Part shown: positions 37,416 to 47,568 of the stretch, one piece after another
Layout of the letters: the number at the start of each line of letters is the position of its first letter
How positions within the stretch are numbered: position 1 is the stretch's first letter
Sequence record: NC_042060.1
Reading direction: 5' to 3' (one strand)
Length of the DNA stretch: 64,000 nt
Translations under genes and position numbers: made by a program
Notes under the pieces: generated by a model
The model's input: only the letters and a program-made list of their open reading frames with translations
Database searches by the model: none
Told to the model about the DNA's origin: nothing

Positions 37416-37854
37416 TACTACCGATTAATTGATTTAATGCATTACCCATGTCTGCTTGGATACGGTTATAATCTGGGCCATTAACAACGGCAGAGACAAT
37501 ATTGATATCATCGACAGTTAGATAATCATTAGCGGTATCAGATGTCAGTACAGCTTTGACAAGACATGGATCAGTAATACCGTTGATAAGACTTTGGCGA
37601 ATGCGAAGAATATTGTTAAAATAGGTTACGGCTAGTTTAGTATCAACTGCAATATTCTCATTAACTTTACTTAAGATTTTCTTAAATTTAGCAACAGCTT
37701 TATCCTGTTGTTCATTGAAATCAAGTAAAATCTCAAATGGAATCTGTAATGCCACCGCATTAGCTAGGAGCATTGCGCGGGTTTTACGATCAGAACCACC
37801 TAAGTTAGGCAGTTGCTTTAGAATACGGGAAAGTTCAAAACCTAATTGTTGCAT
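37405..37854 (-). CDS. Minor head protein (gp85-like)
   Basis: 149 aa; synteny. Confidence 0.75.
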   Translation of the reverse strand: MQQLGFELSRILKQLPNLGGSDRKTRAMLLANAVALQIPFEILLDFNEQQDKAVAKFKKILSKVNENIAVDTKLAVTYFNNILRIRQSLINGITDPCLVKAVLTSDTANDYLTVDDINIVSAVVNGPDYNRIQADMGNALNQLIGSIDE

Positions 37855-37865
37855 GATTTTTCTCT

Positions 37866-39107
37866 CTATTTAGTTAAGCGGTAGGCTCTTACAAATAAGT
37901 CATTATTTAATAGACTTTCTAAAGTATCTTCTAATTCAGTAGCCCGTTTATCTTTACGACGCTGGGGACTAAGGAAATCTAAAATTTTATCAAAAATGGT
38001 CCACTCATTAGCTAAATCATTTATCAATGAATCAATTACTTTAATGTCATCATCAATTCCTGGTTTTAGTGATGAGTCCTTTACCCATTTAAGTTGTGCT
38101 ACTAGATCTTGTTTAATTTTCATTAAACGTTGTCGTTGTTTGTCATAACGTGAACTAATTGGATCATATCCAACTTTTAAATTACCGGCAATGATACCTA
38201 GTGTAACAGGTAAACCAATGATCATAAATAGACCTTTGAATACCTCAGCAGTAATATGGCTAGAAACAGATTTATATTCACGGTCATTATAATACCGACC
38301 TGATTTAGTTAATGCCGTTGCCAGTGGCCTTCCATAACCTAATCGAGTGGCGAATAAATCAGCTAATTGTTCATCGCGTTTACGTGATTGAACATCACCA
38401 GTTAAATGCGGACGTTGCGCTTTCTTAAATGATGATAGAATGACTTTACGAATATTTCCTTCAGTCCTATCATTAGCAAACTTCTCATAATCGGCTGGAT
38501 CAACGTTTTTCTTTAACCATGTTTCATCCAATAATTGAATCTTATACTTATTAGCTTTCCTACCCTGTAAGATAAGTATACCTTCAGTAAGTGCATAGTT
38601 AAGATAGACGTAGTCACCCATTGTAGCCAGTGTTTCCCAACAATGCCCAATTTCATGTAATGTAATGGCAGTAGCTTCTGCTATACTAACACGGTTAATA
38701 GCCGATAATAAACCAATAGATAAACCGACCTTGTATTTAAAAGTTGAAACAGCCTCACCCGTAACTTTTAAATTTGTTAAATCAATATTAATGAATGTAT
38801 TGACACCTTGCTCAGTTGCTAAAGTAACTCGATTAATATTGTCAAATTTACTACCAGTATGTCCAACTGTAAAGGATGTGTATGCACCACCCATTATACC
38901 CTGATCATCCAGGTGTGTAAACTCTATATTCATATTGAGGATCTTAGAAACATCATCACTCAGTGACCTAAAATCATTAATATCTATTCTCTGTTGATTA
39001 TCTAATTTATCACGAATCTTGGTTAGATGTTCTTCGATCAATGGACCTAAGTCACGCTTAACATTCACATCTAACACTTCATTAGAGATTTCTATCGTAT
39101 GTAGCAT
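37866..39107 (-). CDS. Virion protein with zinc metallopeptidase signature (gp84-like)
   Basis: TLHEIGH (HExxH) plus downstream EQLADLFA. Confidence 0.75.
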   Translation of the reverse strand: MLHTIEISNEVLDVNVKRDLGPLIEEHLTKIRDKLDNQQRIDINDFRSLSDDVSKILNMNIEFTHLDDQGIMGGAYTSFTVGHTGSKFDNINRVTLATEQGVNTFINIDLTNLKVTGEAVSTFKYKVGLSIGLLSAINRVSIAEATAITLHEIGHCWETLATMGDYVYLNYALTEGILILQGRKANKYKIQLLDETWLKKNVDPADYEKFANDRTEGNIRKVILSSFKKAQRPHLTGDVQSRKRDEQLADLFATRLGYGRPLATALTKSGRYYNDREYKSVSSHITAEVFKGLFMIIGLPVTLGIIAGNLKVGYDPISSRYDKQRQRLMKIKQDLVAQLKWVKDSSLKPGIDDDIKVIDSLINDLANEWTIFDKILDFLSPQRRKDKRATELEDTLESLLNNDLFVRAYRLTK

Positions 39108-39208
39108 TTTATATCTCTACCAGTATTAATTTATAATCATAAAGATAAGGCTGCGTTGTATAGAATTCAATCTTATGCACTACGTATTATAAAAGAGGCG
39201 CACACAAA

Positions 39209-40723
39209 ATGTTTGAGTTATTGTTGTCTTCTGGACTAACAAATACGCCTATATATTCCGATCCTTATCCAGGTCCTAAAACACTGATAGCTGGGACAAG
39301 GGAATTAGGTTTGTATGGTGAAACAACATCTTCAGAATTATTTGGTTATGATGATGCAGCTAAATTAGTTAATATGACATTTGGAACAGTAATCAATGAT
39401 GGACAACCATGGTTAAAGTTCTCTAATAAAAATGTTACTTGTTACATACCAAAGAAACCAGCTCGTAAATCAATACAAAAATCACGGCTTAATAATGCCG
39501 GACTCCGTAATGGTGACTATGAAGTTAGATTTATGGGGAACATTTATAAATTTGGTTTATTAACAATGGCTGGTGCCACATCAGAATGGCAAAGGTTACT
39601 TTATAATGTTCACGTATCTAATTTAAATGGTGCTAACTGGCCTTATAAATTTACAGATAATGACTTAGGTATTAACCAAGCGGTCGCTGGTGGTATTAGC
39701 ACTGATGGTACTACTAACTGGGGAAGAGACCCAGGTAGTGATCCAGTTAATGACCAGCTCTATCGTGGCTACTATGCGATTGATATAACTAGCTCGTCAA
39801 GTAGTGAAACGGGTGCTGCAACCCAAGGTTGGCGTCCAGTGGTTTATGCTAGTGGTACATATCCATTCGTTAAAGATAATGTTATTAAACTTACTGATTT
39901 TGAAACTGATAACGAAATGGCAGCAGGTGCCCAAATAGGTAACTTAGTCTATTATTACGGTGGTAAGAATAATGCTAATACTGCTCTACGTACACTGAAT
40001 TTAGTCACGGGTAAGTTAACAACATTACAACCAACTGGTACGCCTATAGCAGTTAAACAATGCTCGGCTGTTGCATTTAATGGTAAAGTATATTTCTATG
40101 GTGGTGAAAGTGCCACAGATGGTGTACTTACTAAAGATATGCAGTGTTATGATCCTGCAACTAATACATGGGAAATAAAATCACCAGGCACGATAGCTTG
40201 CCGGTATGCACGTGGAACTAGTCTTAATGGGTTAATCTACATATTAGGTGCAGCTGATACAACTGCGACAAATAATCGTGGATTTACATTAATGTACAAT
40301 CCAACTACAGATACATATACCAGTGGTGCAGCATTTAATGATACTGGGGAATATACCCAAGATTATTCAGTGAGTATTTATAATAATAGCGTATGCGTTA
40401 TTGGTGGTACGGTTGGTGCTGGTGTTAATACTGGAATCATATCGTACAATCAAACCAACAATAATTGGTCCAAACCAATAACTACAGGTATACCTCTTGG
40501 TGCAGCTATTAATATACGCCCATCTGGTGAACTTTATGTAATCGCTGGTGAAAATCAAAATAACGCACCAATTAAGTATTATGAACCACGATTAGCACGA
40601 TGGATAAATTTAGGTAATTTAGAAACTGGTTTAGTGGATGCAGGTTTTGCCAATACGTTTAATAATGACGGTAAGATTTATGTTCTAAACGGTAATCAGA
40701 ATTTAAAATACCAAATTAGTTAA
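39209..40723 (+). CDS. Virion protein with C-terminal kelch-like beta-propeller (gp83-like)
   Basis: Six blades (YYYGG, YFYGG, YILGA, CVIGG, YVIAG, YVLNG) with W residues at blade ends. Confidence 0.8.
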   Translation: MFELLLSSGLTNTPIYSDPYPGPKTLIAGTRELGLYGETTSSELFGYDDAAKLVNMTFGTVINDGQPWLKFSNKNVTCYIPKKPARKSIQKSRLNNAGLRNGDYEVRFMGNIYKFGLLTMAGATSEWQRLLYNVHVSNLNGANWPYKFTDNDLGINQAVAGGISTDGTTNWGRDPGSDPVNDQLYRGYYAIDITSSSSSETGAATQGWRPVVYASGTYPFVKDNVIKLTDFETDNEMAAGAQIGNLVYYYGGKNNANTALRTLNLVTGKLTTLQPTGTPIAVKQCSAVAFNGKVYFYGGESATDGVLTKDMQCYDPATNTWEIKSPGTIACRYARGTSLNGLIYILGAADTTATNNRGFTLMYNPTTDTYTSGAAFNDTGEYTQDYSVSIYNNSVCVIGGTVGAGVNTGIISYNQTNNNWSKPITTGIPLGAAINIRPSGELYVIAGENQNNAPIKYYEPRLARWINLGNLETGLVDAGFANTFNNDGKIYVLNGNQNLKYQIS

Positions 40724-40729
40724 CGAAAT

Positions 40730-40758
40730 AAACCCTCCCGTAATGGGAGGGTTTTATG
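40730..40758. terminator. Bidirectional terminator
   Basis: aaccctccc/gggagggtt stem followed by ttatg. Confidence 0.8.
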
Positions 40759-40826
40759 ATGTGTCGAAGTTTATGTTAGCAGTAATGATCAATTGATAAT
40801 ATTTAATTAGGAATACCTTCCATTTT

Positions 40827-41195
40827 TTAATATCCTTCATTAAGTAGTTCTGCTAGAGCACGTGCCTGTGAAATATCAGTAGAAGCAAAAACATCAGAAA
40901 GATAGTTATCATGTTCTTTTGCATTCTGACGCAATTCATCCATTAGATGTTTATTAGATACCGCCCATACTTTCCACAGATTTTTATAATCATCATATTT
41001 GGGATTATACCCGTCTAGTGGTGGTTTTCCTTTACCAGCTTTCCAATGGTTGGAGTATATGCGATATCCTTTACAATCTAACTGCCAAGCTTCCTCAATT
41101 GTTCTGCCATCAGGAAGCCTTGCGTAAAGAGCCGAGAATCTTTTGTCACCAACAGATGAACATTCATATCCTCCTCGGCGCTTCCACTGATATAT
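40827..41195 (-). CDS. Unannotated 122-codon ORF with no canonical start; possibly NADAR-like
   Basis: Open frame IYQWKRRGGYECSSVGDKRFSALYARLPDGRTIEEAWQLDCKG...ARALAELLNEGY; begins at an ATA overlapping the polymerase TAA. Confidence 0.7.
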   Translation of the reverse strand: MYQWKRRGGYECSSVGDKRFSALYARLPDGRTIEEAWQLDCKGYRIYSNHWKAGKGKPPLDGYNPKYDDYKNLWKVWAVSNKHLMDELRQNAKEHDNYLSDVFASTDISQARALAELLNEGY

Positions 41196-43111
41196 TACTT
41201 TGGGTTCTTATAGGTATTAATAAACTTCTCTAGCAGGGTGTCCATTTTAGGAGCACCCATGATCTTCTGTGTGATTTCAATAGCATTAACCCTACCACCT
41301 GTTAAGTTTACGCCAACTTCACGGCGATGGTGTTCACTAATTCCTTCCATCATTGAGAATTCCATCACACATGTTTCACGTGCAATATTTAGAATCTGAC
41401 TAACGTTAGGATATGTCGACACGATGTCAAGGTCGGCGATATGACAGAAGATTAAGGTTTTATAATTCGGTAAATCTTTAACACACTGCAATCCATTTGG
41501 ACCTGCCATGTATGATGGTAGTGTAACAATCCAATCATTATGGCCAATAACATATTGATCAAGTTCATGCACCATCTGATCTGAACTTGAACCAATGACA
41601 CATGGCTCTGGTCTATTCAAATACCAGAAGTGCATATCGTCACATAGTCGTTTTGGGTTAGAACTAAAGTTCTTATAGTCAGATGCCTTAGAGAATAGAC
41701 TTATAGAGCGACCAAGGTCATTTACTTGTTCATCAAGTTGTTCTAGTCGAATGGAGTCGATGATGTTATAAAGACCATATTTGATTTTATGCTTAGTCTG
41801 CATCTCACGGTGCCAATCGATACCACCAAGATGTGCAGTTTCTTTAAAGGTTAACTTACCAAATTCCATTACATATCTAATAGAATCACCATAGGTAAAG
41901 TTATCATTTAATATAAAATCATCCACCGGTACCCATTCATTACTACCTACATTTTTAATATATTTAGTAATAACGCCGCCTGGTCGGTCAACTAGTTGTT
42001 TATTAAAACCTTCAATAAAATCTTCTAAGTCCTTATCATTTTTAATGGTCGTGGATTTATCGATGTTTAGTTCTTTTCTAAGAATAGACTCTAACCGATA
42101 GTTAGGATCACGTCCTTTAGCTAATCGAGTTACTCGATAAGTTGACATAGAATCGATACATTGAAAACTAGAGGGTGCTGTAATCCAATGCCATTGATCC
42201 TCCGGTCCTTTAGATTTAGTGACCCCAGATGCAGTGGTGGTCATAGGTTCATCAATCTTAAAATGGAAATACCTATAATTCTTAGGTACCGATGGATCAG
42301 AAAAAACATCAGCTGGATTAACACCATAGTGTTCTAATGTTTTTAAGATTCTACCAATGTCGAAGCTAATATTCCAGAATGCGAAGAAATCTGGTTTCCA
42401 GGTATGTAGTCGTTTAAAACATTCAATAATAATATCTACTGGTGTTTCAACAACCATTACTTCAATATCTAGACCACGTTCTTTAATTAGATGTGATAAT
42501 ACCTCTTCTTTTTGTGCTTGTTCTAATGTCTCTTTCACTGGATCTTCAATATCACTAACCCATCGTTTTAAATAGGCTAAGAAAGCTTTGTTCTTATGTG
42601 TAACTGACATACAGATAATCTGACCATCGTTCTCAGCTTCATAAACGTTGGTTTCGATGTCACCGCCAGCAACAGTGTTTAGAGAGATTAGACCAGGATA
42701 ACGTTCTTGATAATCATGCTTCAGATAACAGGTTGAACTAACATCACTGCCATATAGGTAAGGACTACGCGCTAGTTGACGAAGAGATCTAGCCGAATAG
42801 TCACCTAGGATTTTACTAATCTTACGTTTCATGTCAATTTGAGTTGACATGTATTTAACTAAGTTACGCTCATATTCGTAATCTTTCTTTTCTTTATGGT
42901 TACGCATTCCTTTTGAGGTAATCCAAAAAGGACGCTGGTAGTTTTCCCACATCCTTAAATTATTTGCAGTTGTACCATCTTCAAAATGAATTCGTTCTTT
43001 AACGAAATGCGCATCTGTAAACTTACCAAATTGATCAGTACAATAAGTAATATGTTTGGCTTCAATGCCCTTAATCTTTTTCTTATTTGTAACCTGTTGT
43101 TCATTAGACAT
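41195..43111 (-). CDS. Split family-B DNA polymerase, exonuclease/N-terminal subunit (gp82-like)
   Basis: ExoI DIET, ExoII WNISFD, ExoIII YNIID, motif A DIVSTYP; motifs B and C absent. Confidence 0.88.
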   Translation of the reverse strand: MSNEQQVTNKKKIKGIEAKHITYCTDQFGKFTDAHFVKERIHFEDGTTANNLRMWENYQRPFWITSKGMRNHKEKKDYEYERNLVKYMSTQIDMKRKISKILGDYSARSLRQLARSPYLYGSDVSSTCYLKHDYQERYPGLISLNTVAGGDIETNVYEAENDGQIICMSVTHKNKAFLAYLKRWVSDIEDPVKETLEQAQKEEVLSHLIKERGLDIEVMVVETPVDIIIECFKRLHTWKPDFFAFWNISFDIGRILKTLEHYGVNPADVFSDPSVPKNYRYFHFKIDEPMTTTASGVTKSKGPEDQWHWITAPSSFQCIDSMSTYRVTRLAKGRDPNYRLESILRKELNIDKSTTIKNDKDLEDFIEGFNKQLVDRPGGVITKYIKNVGSNEWVPVDDFILNDNFTYGDSIRYVMEFGKLTFKETAHLGGIDWHREMQTKHKIKYGLYNIIDSIRLEQLDEQVNDLGRSISLFSKASDYKNFSSNPKRLCDDMHFWYLNRPEPCVIGSSSDQMVHELDQYVIGHNDWIVTLPSYMAGPNGLQCVKDLPNYKTLIFCHIADLDIVSTYPNVSQILNIARETCVMEFSMMEGISEHHRREVGVNLTGGRVNAIEITQKIMGAPKMDTLLEKFINTYKNPK

Positions 43112-43181
43112 TGCTATAACCTCAGCACATATTGATATTTATCTACGTACTATATTAGTGCCTAGTAAAAGTAATAATCAG

Positions 43182-43211
43182 CATAAAGCCTCCCCTAGGG
43201 GAGGCGATATG
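43182..43211 (-). terminator. Terminator
   Basis: gcctccc/gggaggc stem with CATA and TATG flanks. Confidence 0.75.
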
Positions 43212-43212
43212 T

Positions 43213-44634
43213 TTACATACCAGCTTTCTGCCGGAAGAAGTGTAGAACGAGTTGCCGTTTACCTTCAGGGATGAAACGTGCAAGATAGTTAATATCTACC
43301 TGATAAAGCGCATCTGATACATCACTAGTAAATAGGCAGAATAGAGTAAGAAGATTAATGTGTGCTTCTTGACGGTTATTCTGAGTAGGTAGAGTAGCAA
43401 CAAAGCGAAGTGCGTTAGATTCACTAAATAGAGTATTACGATTTTTCTTAACGAAATCAAAGATAATATCCATGCCTGATTTAAAGCCTTCAATATCTTC
43501 GATTGTCATTACGTAGTTGAATACATCATCTAGTTTCTTTTGTGCATCGCCACCACGTTCGATAGTGATATAGTCACCAGGTTTAGCACCAGTGGCAAAC
43601 TGCTCTAGACGAGATTCGATAAATACTTGGTTCATTTTGGTCATACCTTTACGAAGTACAGGTTCATTAGATGTTGATTCACTATTCAAGATTTTAACTT
43701 CCCCGGTTGGTTTAATATCATCTTTACCAGAGAATACTTTCCATTGTTCAACAATAGTTTCAATATCTTGACTAGTGGTAGGTAAGAATAAACGATCGCG
43801 TAACTCAATAGCAATTTTAAAATCTTTTATCAGATTACTATTTTTAATAAGTCCTTCAGCCCAGTCTTCAAGCTCTGCTGTCGTCCAATCGGTAGGTGGA
43901 GCATTATCACGAATAACACTATTAACCCAACTACCACGTAGTGTTTTTGGTGGAGTAATACCTTGTTTAACAAAATCAACCACTTCTTGGGTAGACCAAT
44001 CTAGTGGAATATCACTAGTGTGAATACGCAGTTGCTTGACTAATTCTTCAAGCTTGATACTGTCTTCAGTATTGCGAATATCTTGTTTCAGAGTATCTTC
44101 ATTAACTACCGGTACAATTACTTCCTCAGTAGTCTCATTCTCTTTAGCCCTTTTAGTTAAAATATCATCAGCAATATCGGCAATATCATTAACTACACCA
44201 GTTAGACGATGGTTAGCAGCATCGATTAGTTCATCATCTGACCATTCATCATAAGGACGATATTTACGGGTTGGGTCAAATACAAAGCTACCGAGTTCAG
44301 TTTTACCTTTAGCAATGCCATCATTGGTAAACCATTCAATGACGTTTTCATCTGTCCATGTTTCAGGAATATCATGGTCAGTACGCAGTGCATTTACATT
44401 AACTTTAGCTAATTCTGAGGTATCGTTAACTGTATTAACTGAAGAATTAATATCATCTGCTGTAGTATATACTTCCTCAGGAGATACTAATTCAATATTT
44501 GTTAATCCTCGACCAATTTCAGAAGTTGGCTTATCTTCAGTTACTTCTGATAAAACTTCGTCTTTGACAATAGGTTTTTCAGGTAAACGATTGAGTTGAG
44601 GAAACTTTCCAAATCGTTGATTCTTTTTAGACAT
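43213..44634 (-). CDS. Conserved hypothetical protein (gp81-like) with an internal duplication
   Basis: 473 aa; two ~53-aa Trp-containing repeats. Confidence 0.8.
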   Translation of the reverse strand: MSKKNQRFGKFPQLNRLPEKPIVKDEVLSEVTEDKPTSEIGRGLTNIELVSPEEVYTTADDINSSVNTVNDTSELAKVNVNALRTDHDIPETWTDENVIEWFTNDGIAKGKTELGSFVFDPTRKYRPYDEWSDDELIDAANHRLTGVVNDIADIADDILTKRAKENETTEEVIVPVVNEDTLKQDIRNTEDSIKLEELVKQLRIHTSDIPLDWSTQEVVDFVKQGITPPKTLRGSWVNSVIRDNAPPTDWTTAELEDWAEGLIKNSNLIKDFKIAIELRDRLFLPTTSQDIETIVEQWKVFSGKDDIKPTGEVKILNSESTSNEPVLRKGMTKMNQVFIESRLEQFATGAKPGDYITIERGGDAQKKLDDVFNYVMTIEDIEGFKSGMDIIFDFVKKNRNTLFSESNALRFVATLPTQNNRQEAHINLLTLFCLFTSDVSDALYQVDINYLARFIPEGKRQLVLHFFRQKAGM

Positions 44635-44665
44635 TACTAGTTCCTTTCGGGTTATAATCTAAATA

Positions 44666-44691
44666 ATGGAGAAGCTGAGTAACTTCTCCAT
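44666..44691 (-). terminator. Hairpin after the vRNAP subunit gene
   Basis: atggagaag/cttctccat 9-bp stem. Confidence 0.55.
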
Positions 44692-44696
44692 CTATT

Positions 44697-46046
44697 TTAA
44701 CTGATGCGATCGCGATAAGACCATTTAACAGTCTTAAGAACAGCACTGTGCATTTTAGACATGAAGATGGATAGGAATCGACCACCAACACCTGCTGCTG
44801 CTGCCGGAATGCCATTGGGGTTCTCTGACATTTGTTTACCCATACAGACAGCACATACGTTCTTACCTCTACCTATTACACCATTAGCTGGATCACCACC
44901 GGCCTTACATGTCATTGGACCACGTAGTTCAATCTCAGTGCCAACTAGTTCATCAATATTAGTTTCTTCAATAAGGATAGATTTCCCATTCTTAACATAA
45001 GACAAGCCAATGAAATCTTTCTTATTAAATTGGTGAACAGTAGTTGGAATACCTATCCATGTATTGCAGTCTTCCATAATAATCCTGACTGTACCAACCA
45101 TTCGATAAATCGTTTTAGTTGACTCACCGCCTAGGGCTGTTTGTGCACCACGGTTATATGAACCATAACGTAATGAGTTATTCATTACTGGCATATGGTC
45201 AGTGTCAATGCCTTCTTCCAATGATTTACCGATATATTCAACTGATGTACCATCTTGGAATGGCGCTTCCCCACCAAACATACCAAATACTTTCTTACGC
45301 ACGCCACCAAATAATTTACTATGTTTAGTGTCATAGAACTCATAAGAAGGATCGTCTTTTAGATAGTCCTCATCTAGCTTGATTAATGCATTACCCATTT
45401 CTGCAATAACAGCCGGATCATCTAACCGATCTTTATATTTCTCTTCTAGTTCTTTACGTAACTTATCTCTGTCTGGTGCAGAGGTCATTGATTTCTCAGT
45501 AATGGATGTTACCAAGGTACTGGCATATGCTGGCAATGCTAAACAATGATCTGCAAACATCCGATATTGCCATACATATAACTTACCATCAGTTGCACGC
45601 GGTGGATTATCATCATCAATTGGATCATCGATCATGCGGTTAAGAATTTCTTTCTCAACTTTACCAATATCGAAATAACCAGATTGGAATGGGAACAGAT
45701 CACCAAAAGGTAAACATAATACTAAATGGTTAACAAAAACGTTACCATAAGTTGTTCTTAATGCACCTGGTCCTTTATAGTTTTCAATTTCACCAGGTTG
45801 TAAAATGAATTCATCTCGAAATGCTAATGGTTGTTTACCTTCAATATAATCGTCGATATAAACAACTTCATCATTAGAATCGCCTTCTTTATAGAAGAAC
45901 ATTTTACCATCTTTGAAATATGGCTTGTATAGATATTCACCACCATCATTTGGGTTATAAACGATATTAAATAAAACGTTAACCCATGCTCGTTTCTTAT
46001 CTAATCCAGCATTGATACCCATTAGAAAATAATCACGTAATTTCAT
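44697..46046 (-). CDS. gp80: Virion RNA polymerase beta' subunit fragment
   Basis: YNRGAQTALGG, IIMEDCNT, LRGPMTC, CAVCMG and FMSKMH correspond to conserved beta' regions; start at MKLRDY. Confidence 0.88.
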   Translation of the reverse strand: MKLRDYFLMGINAGLDKKRAWVNVLFNIVYNPNDGGEYLYKPYFKDGKMFFYKEGDSNDEVVYIDDYIEGKQPLAFRDEFILQPGEIENYKGPGALRTTYGNVFVNHLVLCLPFGDLFPFQSGYFDIGKVEKEILNRMIDDPIDDDNPPRATDGKLYVWQYRMFADHCLALPAYASTLVTSITEKSMTSAPDRDKLRKELEEKYKDRLDDPAVIAEMGNALIKLDEDYLKDDPSYEFYDTKHSKLFGGVRKKVFGMFGGEAPFQDGTSVEYIGKSLEEGIDTDHMPVMNNSLRYGSYNRGAQTALGGESTKTIYRMVGTVRIIMEDCNTWIGIPTTVHQFNKKDFIGLSYVKNGKSILIEETNIDELVGTEIELRGPMTCKAGGDPANGVIGRGKNVCAVCMGKQMSENPNGIPAAAAGVGGRFLSIFMSKMHSAVLKTVKWSYRDRIS

Positions 46047-46890
46047 TAGTATCACCTATGCTATTTAAAATCTTTTTAGCTTCATTTTCCATAATAGATC
46101 GTTCAATATTGTTAGATGTGAAATCATCTATAATACTCATTACGGTTCTACTAATTTCATTCTGTTCAGTATTTGAAATTAATACCAATCCGACAATTTC
46201 TTTAGCAACTTCAATAGGCGTCATAGCATCTAATGGGCCAAATGAAATTTGTAATAGGTCATCAATATTCCTTTTACCAACACGTAATCCTGCATTAACT
46301 AGTTCCATAGCTAACTTAAATGATGCCCGCGTATGAATACGAATAAGGCGATTAATTAAATTAATCCGTTCGACATTACTTACATTGCCATATGCTTGAC
46401 CACGGGTAGTAAGTACTGACTGAATAAATGATGTAATATTACTAATAAGTGTTGGTGATACACTTTCAATTAAGTCAATGATATTTAAGAAATCTACACT
46501 TGTATCGATAAGTTCTACCAGATGTGCTAACGTCTCTTCGGGTGAATATTCGGCTAACAGAATATCATTCACTTCATCTGGAATAATGTAATCTTCTAAA
46601 CTAAGGAGTGTATTAACAACAGCTTGCCGTTCAGCCTGAGTTGCTTCATCACTAATTTTAATAAGATGTTCATTTAGAATTTCATCTTGTGCAATGCGAA
46701 TGATATCATCAATGCGAGAAAGAAGCATTGCATTATCTGAGATACCTGATTGAATCTGACATACTGTATTTAGTTCATCTAGAGCTGCAACATAATTGAT
46801 CTTTTCAAAAGATGCTACACAGTCTAGGATAACTTCTTTACGCTCTTCATGTATAAGAGGCGTAAGATAACTATCAATGAAATCTTTCAT
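46033..46890 (-). CDS. Virion-associated protein (gp79-like)
   Basis: Start moved to MKDFIDSY (aagga SD). Confidence 0.75.
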   Translation of the reverse strand: MKDFIDSYLTPLIHEERKEVILDCVASFEKINYVAALDELNTVCQIQSGISDNAMLLSRIDDIIRIAQDEILNEHLIKISDEATQAERQAVVNTLLSLEDYIIPDEVNDILLAEYSPEETLAHLVELIDTSVDFLNIIDLIESVSPTLISNITSFIQSVLTTRGQAYGNVSNVERINLINRLIRIHTRASFKLAMELVNAGLRVGKRNIDDLLQISFGPLDAMTPIEVAKEIVGLVLISNTEQNEISRTVMSIIDDFTSNNIERSIMENEAKKILNSIGDTNEIT

Positions 46891-47062
46891 GACGATATCC
46901 TTTTTATACGGAATTATTAACATAGGGTTGGACAGATAGTTATTCTTTAATATAGTGTAAAATTACCAAATGTGTTAAATATATGTTGAACTAATCATTT
47001 TTTTTCATTTGTCAATTTATATTGGCAAATATTAAATTAAGCCTCTATCGGAGTATAACAAG

Positions 47063-47557
47063 ATGTCAAATAAAGCTAAAGAACCAACTCTAACTAAAGA
47101 ACAGGAAAAGACTCTACGTCTATTTGAACGTGCAGTTGGAGCATCAGCTGCCGCAGCTGATCATATTCTTAACCGTGATGGTTGGGATGTTGTCAATGTA
47201 CTAGCAGGTTCCGTAGGTAAACGTATTCTACAAACTGAAGTATTCATTAATCCAGTTATCAATAAGATCAATGAAATCATTCCGACGTTATCTGATCCTA
47301 CTGGATTCCAAAAGAACCTACAAACAGTTATTGCTGACCTTAATCGACTAACTAAAATTATCAGTGTCCTATATGCACAACATCAAGGTAAGGCTGGTCC
47401 AGCAAATAATGAAGATGAACTAAAACTCATCAGTGAACTTGTTACTAAATACACTGGTATTGAAGGTGCTATTGAACGCGGTATTGATGGTGTAATCCTA
47501 GCGATGATCGGCACTCTTCGAGAAGCTGGTTGGGACGAAAAACTAATTCAACAATAA
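47063..47557 (+). CDS. Hypothetical protein (gp78-like)
   Basis: 164 aa; ggag SD. Confidence 0.8.
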   Translation: MSNKAKEPTLTKEQEKTLRLFERAVGASAAAADHILNRDGWDVVNVLAGSVGKRILQTEVFINPVINKINEIIPTLSDPTGFQKNLQTVIADLNRLTKIISVLYAQHQGKAGPANNEDELKLISELVTKYTGIEGAIERGIDGVILAMIGTLREAGWDEKLIQQ

Positions 47558-47568
47558 TGGAGTTTTAA

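Noticed and set aside
41146-41176. GAGGAGG SD followed by ATG mini-ORFs (MFICW; MNVHLL...)
   Set aside because: The SD-like string is the CGA GGA GGA (R-G-G) codons of the long hidden frame; the mini-ORFs are tiny and out of frame
41191-41198. Plus-strand TATATTAC at the polymerase stop
   Set aside because: Matches the early core but lacks the upstream TTTAA context seen at the intergenic promoters and points antisense into the polymerase gene
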